From: Thermoanaerobaculia bacterium
Lineage (GTDB): Bacteria; Acidobacteriota; Thermoanaerobaculia; UBA5066
Length of the DNA stretch: 64,000 nucleotides
Assembly (NCBI GenBank): GCA_963816185.1
Contig: CAWFJJ010000008.1
Coordinates: forward strand, 128,001-192,000
Reading direction: 5' to 3'
Below the pieces are notes generated by a model that saw nothing but the letters and a program-made list of their open reading frames with translations, did no database searches and was not told where the DNA came from. Shown one piece after another: positions 20,560-33,714 of the stretch (position 1 is its first letter; each line of letters begins with the position of its first letter). Position numbers and translations under genes: made by a program.

Positions 20560-21861
20560 ATGATCACGTCGTACGTCGAAGAATCCCCCACGAAGAAAGT
20601 CTTCACCTTCGAGGTGCCTGCGGACGACGTCCGCAAAGCCACCGACCGCACGGTGAAAGCGTTCGTCAAGCACGTTCGCCTTCCGGGCTTCCGGCCCGGG
20701 AAGGTGCCGCCCGAGATGATCAAGAAGCGCTTCGCCGAGGAAGTGAAGAGCGAGGTGCTGGAGCACCTCATTCAGGCCACCGTCGGGGAGGCCCTGCGCG
20801 AAAAGAACCTGGTGCCGCTCGGGCAGCCGAAGGTCGGAGACCTGAAGTTCGGCTTCGAGGAGCCGCTCTCCTTCCGCGTGGACCTCGAGGTGCGCCCCGC
20901 CGTGGAGCCGAAAGACTACCGTGGCCTGAAGGTGCCGGCGGGCAACGCCGTTCCGACCGAGGCGGAGATCGACGGGCTCATCGGGCGGATTCGCGAGGGG
21001 CACGCGACGTTCGAGCCGATCGAGGGCCGGGCCGCGAGAGACGGCGACTTCGCGCTCGTGGACATCAAGGGCTCGTTCCCGAAAGGGGACGGGAAGGACT
21101 TCGAGGCCGAAAAGACGATGGTCGAGGTCGGCGGCGAGCACACGATGCCGGAGCTTTCCGCGCACGTGCGCAACGCGGAGCCCGGAATCACCGTGACGTT
21201 TCAGAAGGACTGGGCGGCCGACGTGCCGGACAAGGACTTCGCGGGAAAGACCGTCCTGTACACGGTGCACCTCGTGGCGCTCAAGACGCGCGTCCTGCCG
21301 GGGCTCGACGACGAGCTCGCGCGCCTCGCGCTGACGCCGCGCGACGGCGAGGCTCCCGAGGGCGCGAACCTCGCGATGCTGCGCGAGAAGGTCGCCGAGT
21401 CGCTGAAACGCGAGAAGGAGCAGGCGGTCCGGGAGACGCGGCGCCGTGCCGTCCTCGACGGCCTCCTCGCCCTCCACGAGATCCCGGCGCCCGAGACGAT
21501 GGTCGAAGCGGAAGTCGATTCCGCGCTCAAGGACTACGCCCGGCACCTCACGCGCGAGGGCGTCGACCTGAAGGACGCGCAGGTCGACTGGAACGCCCTG
21601 CGCAAGGAAGCCCGGCCCTCGGCCGAGCGCCGCGTGAAGGAATACCTGATTCTCGACGCGATCGGCGACAAGGAGAGCCTGACCGTGACGGACACCGAGC
21701 TCGATGCGGAGCTGAAGCGCCGGGCGCAGGCGATGGGCCTGACGTACGGCGACCTCAAGAGCGCACTCGTGAAGGCGGAGCGGCTCGAAGGGATACGCGA
21801 GGAGCTGCGAATCGAACGCGTCCTCGACTTCCTCCTCGCCGAAGCCGCCGTCGCGAGCTGA
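20560..21861 (+). CDS. tig: Trigger factor
   Basis: PGFRPGKVP signature; synteny with clpP-clpX-lon. Confidence 0.95.
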   Translation: MITSYVEESPTKKVFTFEVPADDVRKATDRTVKAFVKHVRLPGFRPGKVPPEMIKKRFAEEVKSEVLEHLIQATVGEALREKNLVPLGQPKVGDLKFGFEEPLSFRVDLEVRPAVEPKDYRGLKVPAGNAVPTEAEIDGLIGRIREGHATFEPIEGRAARDGDFALVDIKGSFPKGDGKDFEAEKTMVEVGGEHTMPELSAHVRNAEPGITVTFQKDWAADVPDKDFAGKTVLYTVHLVALKTRVLPGLDDELARLALTPRDGEAPEGANLAMLREKVAESLKREKEQAVRETRRRAVLDGLLALHEIPAPETMVEAEVDSALKDYARHLTREGVDLKDAQVDWNALRKEARPSAERRVKEYLILDAIGDKESLTVTDTELDAELKRRAQAMGLTYGDLKSALVKAERLEGIREELRIERVLDFLLAEAAVAS

Positions 21862-21898
21862 CTCGGACTGGTTACACTAGGGAACGGAGGCGATCCCC

Positions 21899-22498
21899 AT
21901 GCTGATTCCGATGGTCATCGAGCAGACGAACCGGGGCGAACGTGCGTACGACATCTACTCGCGCCTGCTCAAGGACAACGTCATCTTTTTGGGCTCCGCC
22001 ATCAACGACGACGTCGCGAACCTCATCATCGCGCAGATGCTCTTCCTCGAGGCCGAAAACCCCGAGAAGGACATCACGCTCTACATCAACTCCCCGGGCG
22101 GCATCATTTCGGCCGGCCTCGCGATCTACGACACGATGCAGTACGTGAAGCCGGACGTCGCCACGTACTGCCTCGGGCAGGCGGCTTCGATGGGCGCGAT
22201 GCTTCTGGCCGGCGGCGCAAAGGGCAAACGCGCCGCCCTTCCGAACGCGCGCATCCTGATCCACCAGCCGCACGGCGGCGCAGAAGGGCAGGCCTCGGAC
22301 ATCGAGATCCAGGCCCGCGAGATGCTGCGCACGAAGCAGCGCCTCAACGAGATCCTCGCGTACCACACGGGCCAGCCTGTCGAGAAGATCTCGCGAGACA
22401 CGGACCGCGACAACATTTTCGAGCCCGATGCCGCGAAGGAATACGGGCTCATCGACCTCGTCATCCGCCGCCGCGACGACGCCAAGACCGCGGCCTGA
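21899..22498 (+). CDS. clpP: ATP-dependent Clp protease proteolytic subunit
   Basis: [22 protein letters not shown] and IHQP. Confidence 0.99.
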   Translation: MLIPMVIEQTNRGERAYDIYSRLLKDNVIFLGSAINDDVANLIIAQMLFLEAENPEKDITLYINSPGGIISAGLAIYDTMQYVKPDVATYCLGQAASMGAMLLAGGAKGKRAALPNARILIHQPHGGAEGQASDIEIQAREMLRTKQRLNEILAYHTGQPVEKISRDTDRDNIFEPDAAKEYGLIDLVIRRRDDAKTAA

Positions 22499-22661
22499 CT
22501 GCGGCGAGCGCCGGGTCGTCTGCATCATCCCGGCGGGCCGGACCGATAGGGTAGGCTTGCCTGGCCAGGACGGCGGGAATGAGCCGGGCCCGCAGTTTGT
22601 TCCGTGTGGACGGGAGGCGGTAAGATAATGTCTCAGGACGCCGAGGGGGCCGGGTAAGTCG

Positions 22662-23906
<1,245 letters not shown>

Positions 23907-23927
23907 GCGGGGATTGGGGACCTCCCG

Positions 23928-26351
<2,424 letters not shown>

Positions 26352-26556
26352 CATCCGTTTTGGGGTCTCTTTTCCGGGTCTTCCTTTGCAGTTTTTCTGA
26401 ATGGCCTTTTCTTGGAGCGGCCCGCCTTGGGGGCGCGCGCGGTCGAGCGGACCGCACCCCGTCCTCTCTGATAGACTCTCATTCCGGACGGGGTCCCGTC
26501 CTTCTTTCCTTCTAAGAAAATCTCTCTTCCCCTCCCAGGGGATTTCGAACCTTCCC

Positions 26557-27234
26557 ATGACGACGACGTTGTCCACCGCGAGATCAGGCGCCGGCCTCCG
26601 GTCCGGCAGCGTGCGAGGTCCGCTCGCCGCGGGCGCCGAGGTGCATCTCGTCCTTCCGGCATATCGAGCGGGCGAGCGACCGAAGGGCGATTCCGTGCCC
26701 GCGCTCGCAGTCCTCGGCAGGTCGAACGTGGGAAAGTCCAGCCTCTTGAACTCCCTCCTTGGCACGAAGGTCGCACGGGTCTCGCAGACGCCGGGCCGTA
26801 CGCAGGCGCTCTTCTGGTATCGCGTGGGAGAGAAATTCGACGTCGTGGATTGTCCCGGATACGGATATGCCAAAACGGCGAAAGAGAAGAGAGAGAGCTT
26901 CGAAGGGTTGATCGAAGACCTTCTTCTCGGCTCGCCAGAGGGCGCCCCGGTGAGTGCAGCGCTGCTCCTCATCGACGGCAGGCTCGAGCCGCAAGCCTCG
27001 GACCTTTCCATGTCCCTTTTTCTGAGAAATTCTTCGGTCCCCACGGTCGTCGCCGCGACGAAGTGGGACGCCGTGAAGCCCTCGCAGCGCGTGCGGCAGC
27101 ACCGGACTCTCGCCGCCGCGTTCGGGGCCCCCGATCGCCCCCTCCTGCCTGTCTCGTCCGAGACGGGCGAAAACCTCCCCGAGCTCGCGCGGCTCCTGCG
27201 CACGGCGCTCTCTACCCCCTCACCGAAGGAGTGA
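26557..27234 (+). CDS. engB: Ribosome biogenesis GTPase YihA/YsxC
   Basis: [20 protein letters not shown] and TKWD; follows lon. Confidence 0.93.
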   Translation: MTTTLSTARSGAGLRSGSVRGPLAAGAEVHLVLPAYRAGERPKGDSVPALAVLGRSNVGKSSLLNSLLGTKVARVSQTPGRTQALFWYRVGEKFDVVDCPGYGYAKTAKEKRESFEGLIEDLLLGSPEGAPVSAALLLIDGRLEPQASDLSMSLFLRNSSVPTVVAATKWDAVKPSQRVRQHRTLAAAFGAPDRPLLPVSSETGENLPELARLLRTALSTPSPKE

Positions 27235-27238
27235 CTCC

Positions 27239-28597
27239 ATGCCTCGACGCAAAGTCCCCGGCGCCGACTACGCCGTCCGCGACATCGACCCCCGCGATCT
27301 TCCCGCCGACGTCGAGGAGGCGCCCGCCACCCTCTCGGCCGCCGAGCCGGTTCTCGACATCCGCACGCTGCACAACCATTCGATGCCGCAGCTCATCAAG
27401 ATCGCCCAGGACCTCGAGGTCGAGGGCGCGCCTTCCATGCGAAAGCAGGAGCTGATCTTCAAGATCCTGCAGACGCAGACCGAACGCCTCGGCCTCATCT
27501 TCTCCGAGGGCGTCCTCGAGGTGCTGCCGGACGGCTTCGGCTTCCTCCGCGCCCCCGAGTACAACTACCTCGCGGGCCCCGACGACATCTACGTCTCGCC
27601 GTCGCAGATCCGGAAGTTCGGCTTGCGGACGGGGGACACGATCTCCGGCCAGATCCGGCCGCCGAAGGAAGGCGAGCGCTACTTCGCCCTCATCAAGGTC
27701 GAGGCCGTCAACTTCGAGCACCCCGACGTCGCGCGCGAGAAGATCCTCTTCGACAACCTCACCCCGCTCTACCCGCAGGAGCGCATCCACCTCGAGACGC
27801 CGAACCTCTCGTCGCGGGTCCTCGACCTCATCGCACCCGTCGGCAAGGGCCAGCGCGGCCTCATCGTGGCGCCGCCGCGCACCGGCAAGACGATGCTCCT
27901 GCAGGCGCTCGCGAACTCCGTCACGACGAACCACCCGGAGATCACGCTCATCGTCCTGCTCATCGACGAGCGGCCCGAGGAGGTCACGGACATGCAGCGG
28001 TCGGTCAAGGGCGAGGTCATCTCCTCGACCTTCGACGAGCCTGCGACGCGGCACGTCCAGGTCGCCGAGATGGTCATCGAGAAGGCGAAGCGGCTCGTCG
28101 AGCACAAGCGCGACGTCGTGATCCTGCTCGACTCGATCACGCGTCTCGCGCGCGCCTACAACACGACCTGCCCGCCTTCGGGCAAGGTGCTGTCGGGCGG
28201 CGTGGACGCGAACGCTCTCCAGAAGCCGAAGCGCTTCTTCGGAGCGGCCCGCAACATCGAGGAAGGCGGCTCGCTCACGATCATGGCGACGGCCCTCATC
28301 GACACCGGCTCGCGCATGGACGACGTGATCTTCGAGGAGTTCAAGGGGACCGGCAACATGGAGGTCCACCTCGACCGCAAGCTCGTCGACCGCCGCGTCT
28401 TTCCGGCCATCGACCTCAACCGCTCGGGCACGCGCAAGGAAGAGCTTCTCCTCGACAAGCAGGAGCTCAACCGCGTGTGGATTCTCCGCAAGGTTCTCAA
28501 CCCGCTCTCGACGGTGGAGGCGATGGAGCTTCTCCTCGAGCGCCTCGACAAGACGAAGAGCAACGCGGAATTCCTGAGCTCGATGTCCGCGGGGTGA
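27239..28597 (+). CDS. rho: Transcription termination factor Rho
   Basis: [21 protein letters not shown] and EEFKGTGN. Confidence 0.99.
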   Translation: MPRRKVPGADYAVRDIDPRDLPADVEEAPATLSAAEPVLDIRTLHNHSMPQLIKIAQDLEVEGAPSMRKQELIFKILQTQTERLGLIFSEGVLEVLPDGFGFLRAPEYNYLAGPDDIYVSPSQIRKFGLRTGDTISGQIRPPKEGERYFALIKVEAVNFEHPDVAREKILFDNLTPLYPQERIHLETPNLSSRVLDLIAPVGKGQRGLIVAPPRTGKTMLLQALANSVTTNHPEITLIVLLIDERPEEVTDMQRSVKGEVISSTFDEPATRHVQVAEMVIEKAKRLVEHKRDVVILLDSITRLARAYNTTCPPSGKVLSGGVDANALQKPKRFFGAARNIEEGGSLTIMATALIDTGSRMDDVIFEEFKGTGNMEVHLDRKLVDRRVFPAIDLNRSGTRKEELLLDKQELNRVWILRKVLNPLSTVEAMELLLERLDKTKSNAEFLSSMSAG

Positions 28598-28612
28598 GGA
28601 TGGGGCCATTGG

Positions 28613-28633
28613 TGGTACCATTTTCAGTACCAT
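28613..28633 (+). promoter_or_regulatory. Probable TA autoregulatory operator
   Basis: TGGTAC-N8-GTACCA dyad reaching the antitoxin ATG. Confidence 0.5.
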
Positions 28634-28907
28634 GAGAACCGCCGAAGACATTCGCTCTGTGACGGACATGAAGGTTCACGCCGCCCGGCTGCTGCGAATG
28701 GTCGGAGAGACACGGCGGCCCATCGTCATCACGCAAAGCGGAGAGCCGAAGGGCGTCCTCATGGATTTCGACTCTTTTCAGGAGCTGCGCGAGGCGACTC
28801 TTCTTCTGAAACTGGTCGCCCAGGGTGAGGGAGACGTGCGCGCGGGGCGCGTCGTCCCGCAATCCGACGTCTTTGCGCGCGCGAAGGAGCGACTCCGGCA
28901 GGGATGA
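28632..28907 (+). CDS. Phd/YefM family antitoxin
   Basis: SVTDMKVHAARLL and RPIVITQSGEPKGVL. Confidence 0.9.
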   Translation: MRTAEDIRSVTDMKVHAARLLRMVGETRRPIVITQSGEPKGVLMDFDSFQELREATLLLKLVAQGEGDVRAGRVVPQSDVFARAKERLRQG

Positions 28908-29233
28908 AGCGGCGCGTTGCCGTCGCATGGGCGACGATCGCCGAACAGGATCTCGCCGCGATCCTCGACTTCGTCGCCCGGGGAAGTTCCGGCGGCGCCG
29001 CGAGGCTCCTTCTCCGGCTGGAGCAAAAGGCGTCCTCTCTCGAAACGCTGCCGTTGCGCGGTCGGATCGTTCCCGAGCTGCTGAAGATCCAGGTGCGCGA
29101 ATACCGAGAGCTGCTGGTCGGCCCCTATCGCCTCGTCTACCGCGTGGAGCGCGCCCGCGTCGTGGTCCTCGGGGTCTTCGACGGCCGAAGGAACCTCGAG
29201 GACATCCTCCTCGATCGCCTCGTGAGGGCTTGA
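28904..29233 (+). CDS. RelE/ParE family toxin
   Basis: AEQDLAAI, PLRGRIVPEL and YRELLVGPYRLVYRV. ATGA overlap. Confidence 0.9.
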   Translation: MKRRVAVAWATIAEQDLAAILDFVARGSSGGAARLLLRLEQKASSLETLPLRGRIVPELLKIQVREYRELLVGPYRLVYRVERARVVVLGVFDGRRNLEDILLDRLVRA

Positions 29234-29296
29234 AGAGCCTGCGACGGCGACGCGAGAACCGCGGCCGTCAGACGATGACGAATCGCGCTCCGGGCC

Positions 29297-30289
29297 TCAG
29301 GCGTGCAGCTCCACGACGTCCTTGTCCGCGAGGACGTGGTGGCGGTCGACCTGCTGGCCGTCGAACTTCGCGTGGCCCCAGAGCCGCGCGAACCTCAGGC
29401 GCTCGGCAATCTCCTTGTGGACGTGCACGGCGAAGTCGTGGACCGTCGCGCCTTCGGGGAGGACGAACGGCCTCTCGAGGCCGCCCTTCTTTCCGGGCTC
29501 CCTGCCGTAGACGCGGATCCGCTTCAGCTCGCGGAAGAGAACTTCCCGCAGAGCCTCGAGCCCCGCGCCTGTGACGGCGGAGACGGGGAAGAAGGGGAGA
29601 TCCGCTCCGGCCGTCTCCCGGGCGAGCGCCGCGAAGGTGCCGTCGTCCTCCTCGGCTTTGTTGCCGAGGACGAGAACGGGCTTCGGCTGAAGGAAGGGCG
29701 GGGCGTCCGGCGGCAGCGGCCGCGTCCGCGGCCAGACGCGGGCGCGGGCGAGCAGCTCGCGGAGGAGAGAGACGGCCGACGCCGTGTCGTCCGCCGTCAC
29801 GTCGAGGACGACGAGGATGCCGTCGGCTTCGTGCGCGAGGTTCGGGAGATACGGCTCCGTGTGCCCCTCGGCGACCGCGGGCGTGTCGACGAGCTGCACC
29901 TGCACGTCCTCGAACTCCATCATCCCGGGCAGCGGCGCGCGCGTCGTGAACGGATACTCGCCGACCTCCGGGTGCGCGTGCGTGAGGGCCGCGAGGAGCG
30001 ACGACTTGCCCGCGTTCGGCGGCCCGAGGAGGATCCACTGGCCGGCCCCCTCGCGCCTCACGTGACCGATCTCGACCCGGTGTCCCGGCCCGCCGCGCGA
30101 GGGGTGCGCGGCCTCGTCCTCGAGCTTCGAGAGGCGCTTGCGGAGGTCGGCGAGCAGCTTCTCGGTCCCTTTGTGCTTCGGAAGGAGCGCGATCATCTCG
30201 CGCAGCGCGGCGAGCTTCTCCGCGTGGTCCGCCGCGCTCTTGAAGCGCTCTTCGGCGTCGTGGTACTGGGGCGTCAGGTTCGCGGTCAC
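29297..30289 (-). CDS. DRG/OBG-family GTPase with C-terminal TGS domain
   Basis: MTANLTPQY, PKHKGTEKL, GPPNAGKS, YPFTT and TGS-type ARLWG..KFDGQQV..HVLADKDVVEL. Confidence 0.9.
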   Translation of the reverse strand: MTANLTPQYHDAEERFKSAADHAEKLAALREMIALLPKHKGTEKLLADLRKRLSKLEDEAAHPSRGGPGHRVEIGHVRREGAGQWILLGPPNAGKSSLLAALTHAHPEVGEYPFTTRAPLPGMMEFEDVQVQLVDTPAVAEGHTEPYLPNLAHEADGILVVLDVTADDTASAVSLLRELLARARVWPRTRPLPPDAPPFLQPKPVLVLGNKAEEDDGTFAALARETAGADLPFFPVSAVTGAGLEALREVLFRELKRIRVYGREPGKKGGLERPFVLPEGATVHDFAVHVHKEIAERLRFARLWGHAKFDGQQVDRHHVLADKDVVELHA

Positions 30290-30359
30290 GTTCCAAGAAT
30301 AGGAGCCGCGCCGTGACGGCGCCAGACCCGTTCGATTAGGATCCGGGAGGGGCCGGCCC

Positions 30360-33300
30360 ATGAACGTCCCGACACCCCTCCGAGGCCCGCGAGCGAGGAA
30401 GACACTTGTCGCGGCTGCCGCCACGCTCTTCGTCTGGGCCATCCTCGGCTTTTTCGTCGCGCCGCCCCTCCTGCGACCAGTCGTCGAGCGGAGGATCGGG
30501 GAAACGCTGCACCGCAAGGCCACGCTCCGCGGCCTTGCGATCAACCCTTTCGCGCTGTCGGCGACATTGACGGGGCTCGACGTGAAGGACCGGGACGGCG
30601 GCCCCTTCCTCTCGTTCGAGCGGCTCTACGTGAACGCCGAAATCGATTCCATCTTCCGGGGCGGACCCGTCCTGCGCGCGATCACGCTCATGAAGCCTTC
30701 TCTGTCTCTCGTCCGCAAAGGGGACGGCACGTACAACGTCCAGGACCTGATCGAGGAATTCGGCAAACCGAAGCCGAAAGCCGAAAAGCCACTTCGGTTC
30801 TCGCTCAACAACATCCGGCTCGAGGGCGGCAGCATCGACTTCGACGACCGTCCGAAGAGGACGAAGCACGAGGTCCGCGACCTCCGGATCGGGATCCCGT
30901 TCCTCTCGAACATCCCCTCGAAGGTGGAGATCACGACGCAGCCCGTCTTCGAGGCGAAGGTGAACGGGTCGCCCTTCGCGCTGCGCGGGAAGACGAAGCC
31001 GTTCAGCGAGACGCGCGAGACGACGCTCGATCTCGAGCTCTCGGACGTCGACCTGCCGTACTACCTCGCGTACTTTCCGTCCGACCTGCCGTCGAAGCTG
31101 AAGGCAGCCCGCCTCGACGCGAAGCTCGTCTTCGCGTTCACGCAGCCGCCGAAGGGGAGACCGGCGCTCGTCGTATCCGGGACGGTGGGACTCCGGAAGG
31201 TCGTCCTCAGTTTCGCGTTCCGTCCCGCCTTCGACGTGGTCCTGTCGGAGGTGACGGTCGCGCTTGGGGGGCTCTCGACGGAGCCGGGGAAGCCCGCTGC
31301 GCTCGAAATTTCCGCGAAGGCCGACGCGGGCGAGGTGCTCCGCAACGCGGGCACCGTCTCGATGGAGCCCCTCGCCTTCGAAGGGACACTTTCGGTGGAC
31401 GGCGTTCCCCTGAAGCGCTACACGACCCTCCTCGACGAGTTCGTCCCGCTCGCGTTCGAGGACGGCATCCTCGCCCTGAAGACCCGGTACCGCTGGACGA
31501 CCGGGAGAGAACCCAACACGACGCTGTCCGGACTCTCGGTCGAGGTGAAGTCGCCACGCGTGAGGAAGAAAAGCGAAAAGGAGCCCTTCTTCAAGGCGGC
31601 GTCGCTCACGGTCGCGGACATGTCGCTCGACCTCGCGAAGCACGCGCTCGTCCTCGGGGACCTCGAGAGCACGAACGGCACCCTCGCGGTCGTGCGCGAA
31701 AAGGACGGCAGCGCGGATCTCATGAAACTCGTGCCCCCGCCACCCGCCGGCACGCCGCCATCGCCCCCCTCGGCACCGTGGGACGTCGTGCTGAAGAGGA
31801 TCGCGCTGAGGGGGTACACGGTAAGGATGGACGACCGCAACGTAGGCCGGCCAGCCCGGTACGCGCTCACGAAAACGGACCTCGTTCTCGAGAACCTCTC
31901 GTCGGCGACGGCCTCGAAGGGGGCGGTCGCGCTGACCTTCGGCGTTAACGGGAAGGGCTTCGCCTCCGCCGGGGGAGCCGTCGGCTTCAAGCCGATGTTC
32001 GCGGATCTCAAGGTAAACGTGAAGGACATCGACCTCGTCCCGATCGAGGCTTACGTCCTCCAGAACCTGCGCCTCGACCTCGCCAGGGGCACCGTGAGCG
32101 CGGGCGGGACGCTCGCGATCCGCGAGGACGCGGCCGGCAAGGCGAGTGTCGTCTACACCGGGAACGCCCTCGTCTCGAACCTTCTCGCCGTCGACGAGTC
32201 GACGAAGCTCGACTTCCTCAGGTGGGAGAGCTTCGCGGCCAGCGGCCTGAAGGCCGGCTACAACCCTCTGTTTTTCGAAACGAAGCAGCTCGCTGTCGCC
32301 GATTTGGCCTGCGACATCACGATCGAGCCCGACGGGACCTTGAATCTGCGCAAGGTCATGGGCCGGCCCGAGCCCGCGGACGAGGAAGTCGCCGTCCCCA
32401 CGCGGGCTCCGACACCCATTCCGACACTCGTCCCGGTCGCCGCGGAAGGCGCCGCGGGCTCGAAGGACGCGAACGCCGTCATGCCGGTGCGGATCGACGA
32501 GCTGACGCTTCAGGGCGGCCGGATCGGCTTCGCGGACCACTTCGTGAGGCCGAACTACGCGGCGACGCTCGGGAACCTCGGCGGGCGTTTGACGGGCCTC
32601 TCCTCGGCGGAGGGGACCGCGGCCCAGCTCGACCTGCGCGGCAGCCTCGCGAACCGCTCGCCTCTCCAGGTTTCGGGCTCGGTCAACCCGCTGGCGGCGG
32701 CCTCCTTCGCCGACGTCAAGGCGAGCTTCCGCGACATCGACCTCCCTTCCTTCACGCCCTATTCCGGGAAGTACGCGGGCTACACGATCGCGAGCGGGTC
32801 GCTCACGATGGAAGTCGCGTACAAGCTCGAGAACCGCAAGCTGAGCGCCTCGAACCACTTTCTCGTGAACCAGTTCGACTTCGGCGAAAAGGTGGAGAGC
32901 AAGGACGCGACGAAGCTCCCTGTGAGGCTCGCGGTCTCCCTCCTCAAGGACAAGGACGGAGTGATCGACCTGGATCTTCCGATCGAGGGTTCGCTCGACG
33001 ACCCGAAGTTTCGGATCGGGAAGGTCATCTGGCAGATCCTCGGGAACCTGATCGCGAAGGCCGCGACCTCGCCGTTCGCGCTCCTCGGAAAGATTCTCGG
33101 CGGGAAGGGCGAGGAATATGCGTCCTTGGACTTTGCGGACGGCGTCGCGACCCTCGACGAGGCCGCGAAGAAGAAGCTCGACGCGCTCGCGAAGGCGCTG
33201 AAGGACCGCCCCGCCCTGATGCTGCAGGCGACGGGCCGCTTCTCGCGCGAGAAGGACCTCGAAGGGCTACGGTCGCTCCGCGTCGAGCGAAAAATCAAGG

Positions 33301-33677
33301 CCCAGAAGCTGTCCGACCTCGCGAAGAAAGGTGCCGCTCCCGCGAGCGTGGACGACGTCGTCGTGGAGGCTGCGGAGCGTGAGACGTACCTCAGAAAAGC
33401 GTACAGGAAGGAGAAGTTCCCGAAGCCGCGCAGCGCCCTCGGCATTGCGAAGGGCCTTTCCGCCGGCGAGATGGAAAAGCTCATGCTCGCGAACGAGGCC
33501 GTGGGCGGCGACGACCTCCGCCTGCTCGCGCTCGCGCGCGCGAACGCCGTCAAGGAGTACCTGACCGGGCCGGGAACGGTCGACGCCGCGCGCGTCTTCG
33601 TCCTCGAGCCGGGTGTCGAGCCCGCCGCGGCGAAGGACAAGGCGCGGCCGAGCCGCGTCGACTTCTCGCTGAAGTAA
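30360..33677 (+). CDS. DUF748/AsmA-like envelope protein with C-terminal OmpA-like region
   Basis: N-terminal TM anchor, repeated DUF748-type segments, LLKDKDGVIDLDLPIEGSLDDP and RVDFSL. Confidence 0.85.
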   Translation: MNVPTPLRGPRARKTLVAAAATLFVWAILGFFVAPPLLRPVVERRIGETLHRKATLRGLAINPFALSATLTGLDVKDRDGGPFLSFERLYVNAEIDSIFRGGPVLRAITLMKPSLSLVRKGDGTYNVQDLIEEFGKPKPKAEKPLRFSLNNIRLEGGSIDFDDRPKRTKHEVRDLRIGIPFLSNIPSKVEITTQPVFEAKVNGSPFALRGKTKPFSETRETTLDLELSDVDLPYYLAYFPSDLPSKLKAARLDAKLVFAFTQPPKGRPALVVSGTVGLRKVVLSFAFRPAFDVVLSEVTVALGGLSTEPGKPAALEISAKADAGEVLRNAGTVSMEPLAFEGTLSVDGVPLKRYTTLLDEFVPLAFEDGILALKTRYRWTTGREPNTTLSGLSVEVKSPRVRKKSEKEPFFKAASLTVADMSLDLAKHALVLGDLESTNGTLAVVREKDGSADLMKLVPPPPAGTPPSPPSAPWDVVLKRIALRGYTVRMDDRNVGRPARYALTKTDLVLENLSSATASKGAVALTFGVNGKGFASAGGAVGFKPMFADLKVNVKDIDLVPIEAYVLQNLRLDLARGTVSAGGTLAIREDAAGKASVVYTGNALVSNLLAVDESTKLDFLRWESFAASGLKAGYNPLFFETKQLAVADLACDITIEPDGTLNLRKVMGRPEPADEEVAVPTRAPTPIPTLVPVAAEGAAGSKDANAVMPVRIDELTLQGGRIGFADHFVRPNYAATLGNLGGRLTGLSSAEGTAAQLDLRGSLANRSPLQVSGSVNPLAAASFADVKASFRDIDLPSFTPYSGKYAGYTIASGSLTMEVAYKLENRKLSASNHFLVNQFDFGEKVESKDATKLPVRLAVSLLKDKDGVIDLDLPIEGSLDDPKFRIGKVIWQILGNLIAKAATSPFALLGKILGGKGEEYASLDFADGVATLDEAAKKKLDALAKALKDRPALMLQATGRFSREKDLEGLRSLRVERKIKAQKLSDLAKKGAAPASVDDVVVEAAERETYLRKAYRKEKFPKPRSALGIAKGLSAGEMEKLMLANEAVGGDDLRLLALARANAVKEYLTGPGTVDAARVFVLEPGVEPAAAKDKARPSRVDFSLK

Positions 33678-33714
33678 CCCTCGGGAGTCCTCCTCCGGTT
33701 CCTATACTGACCTC

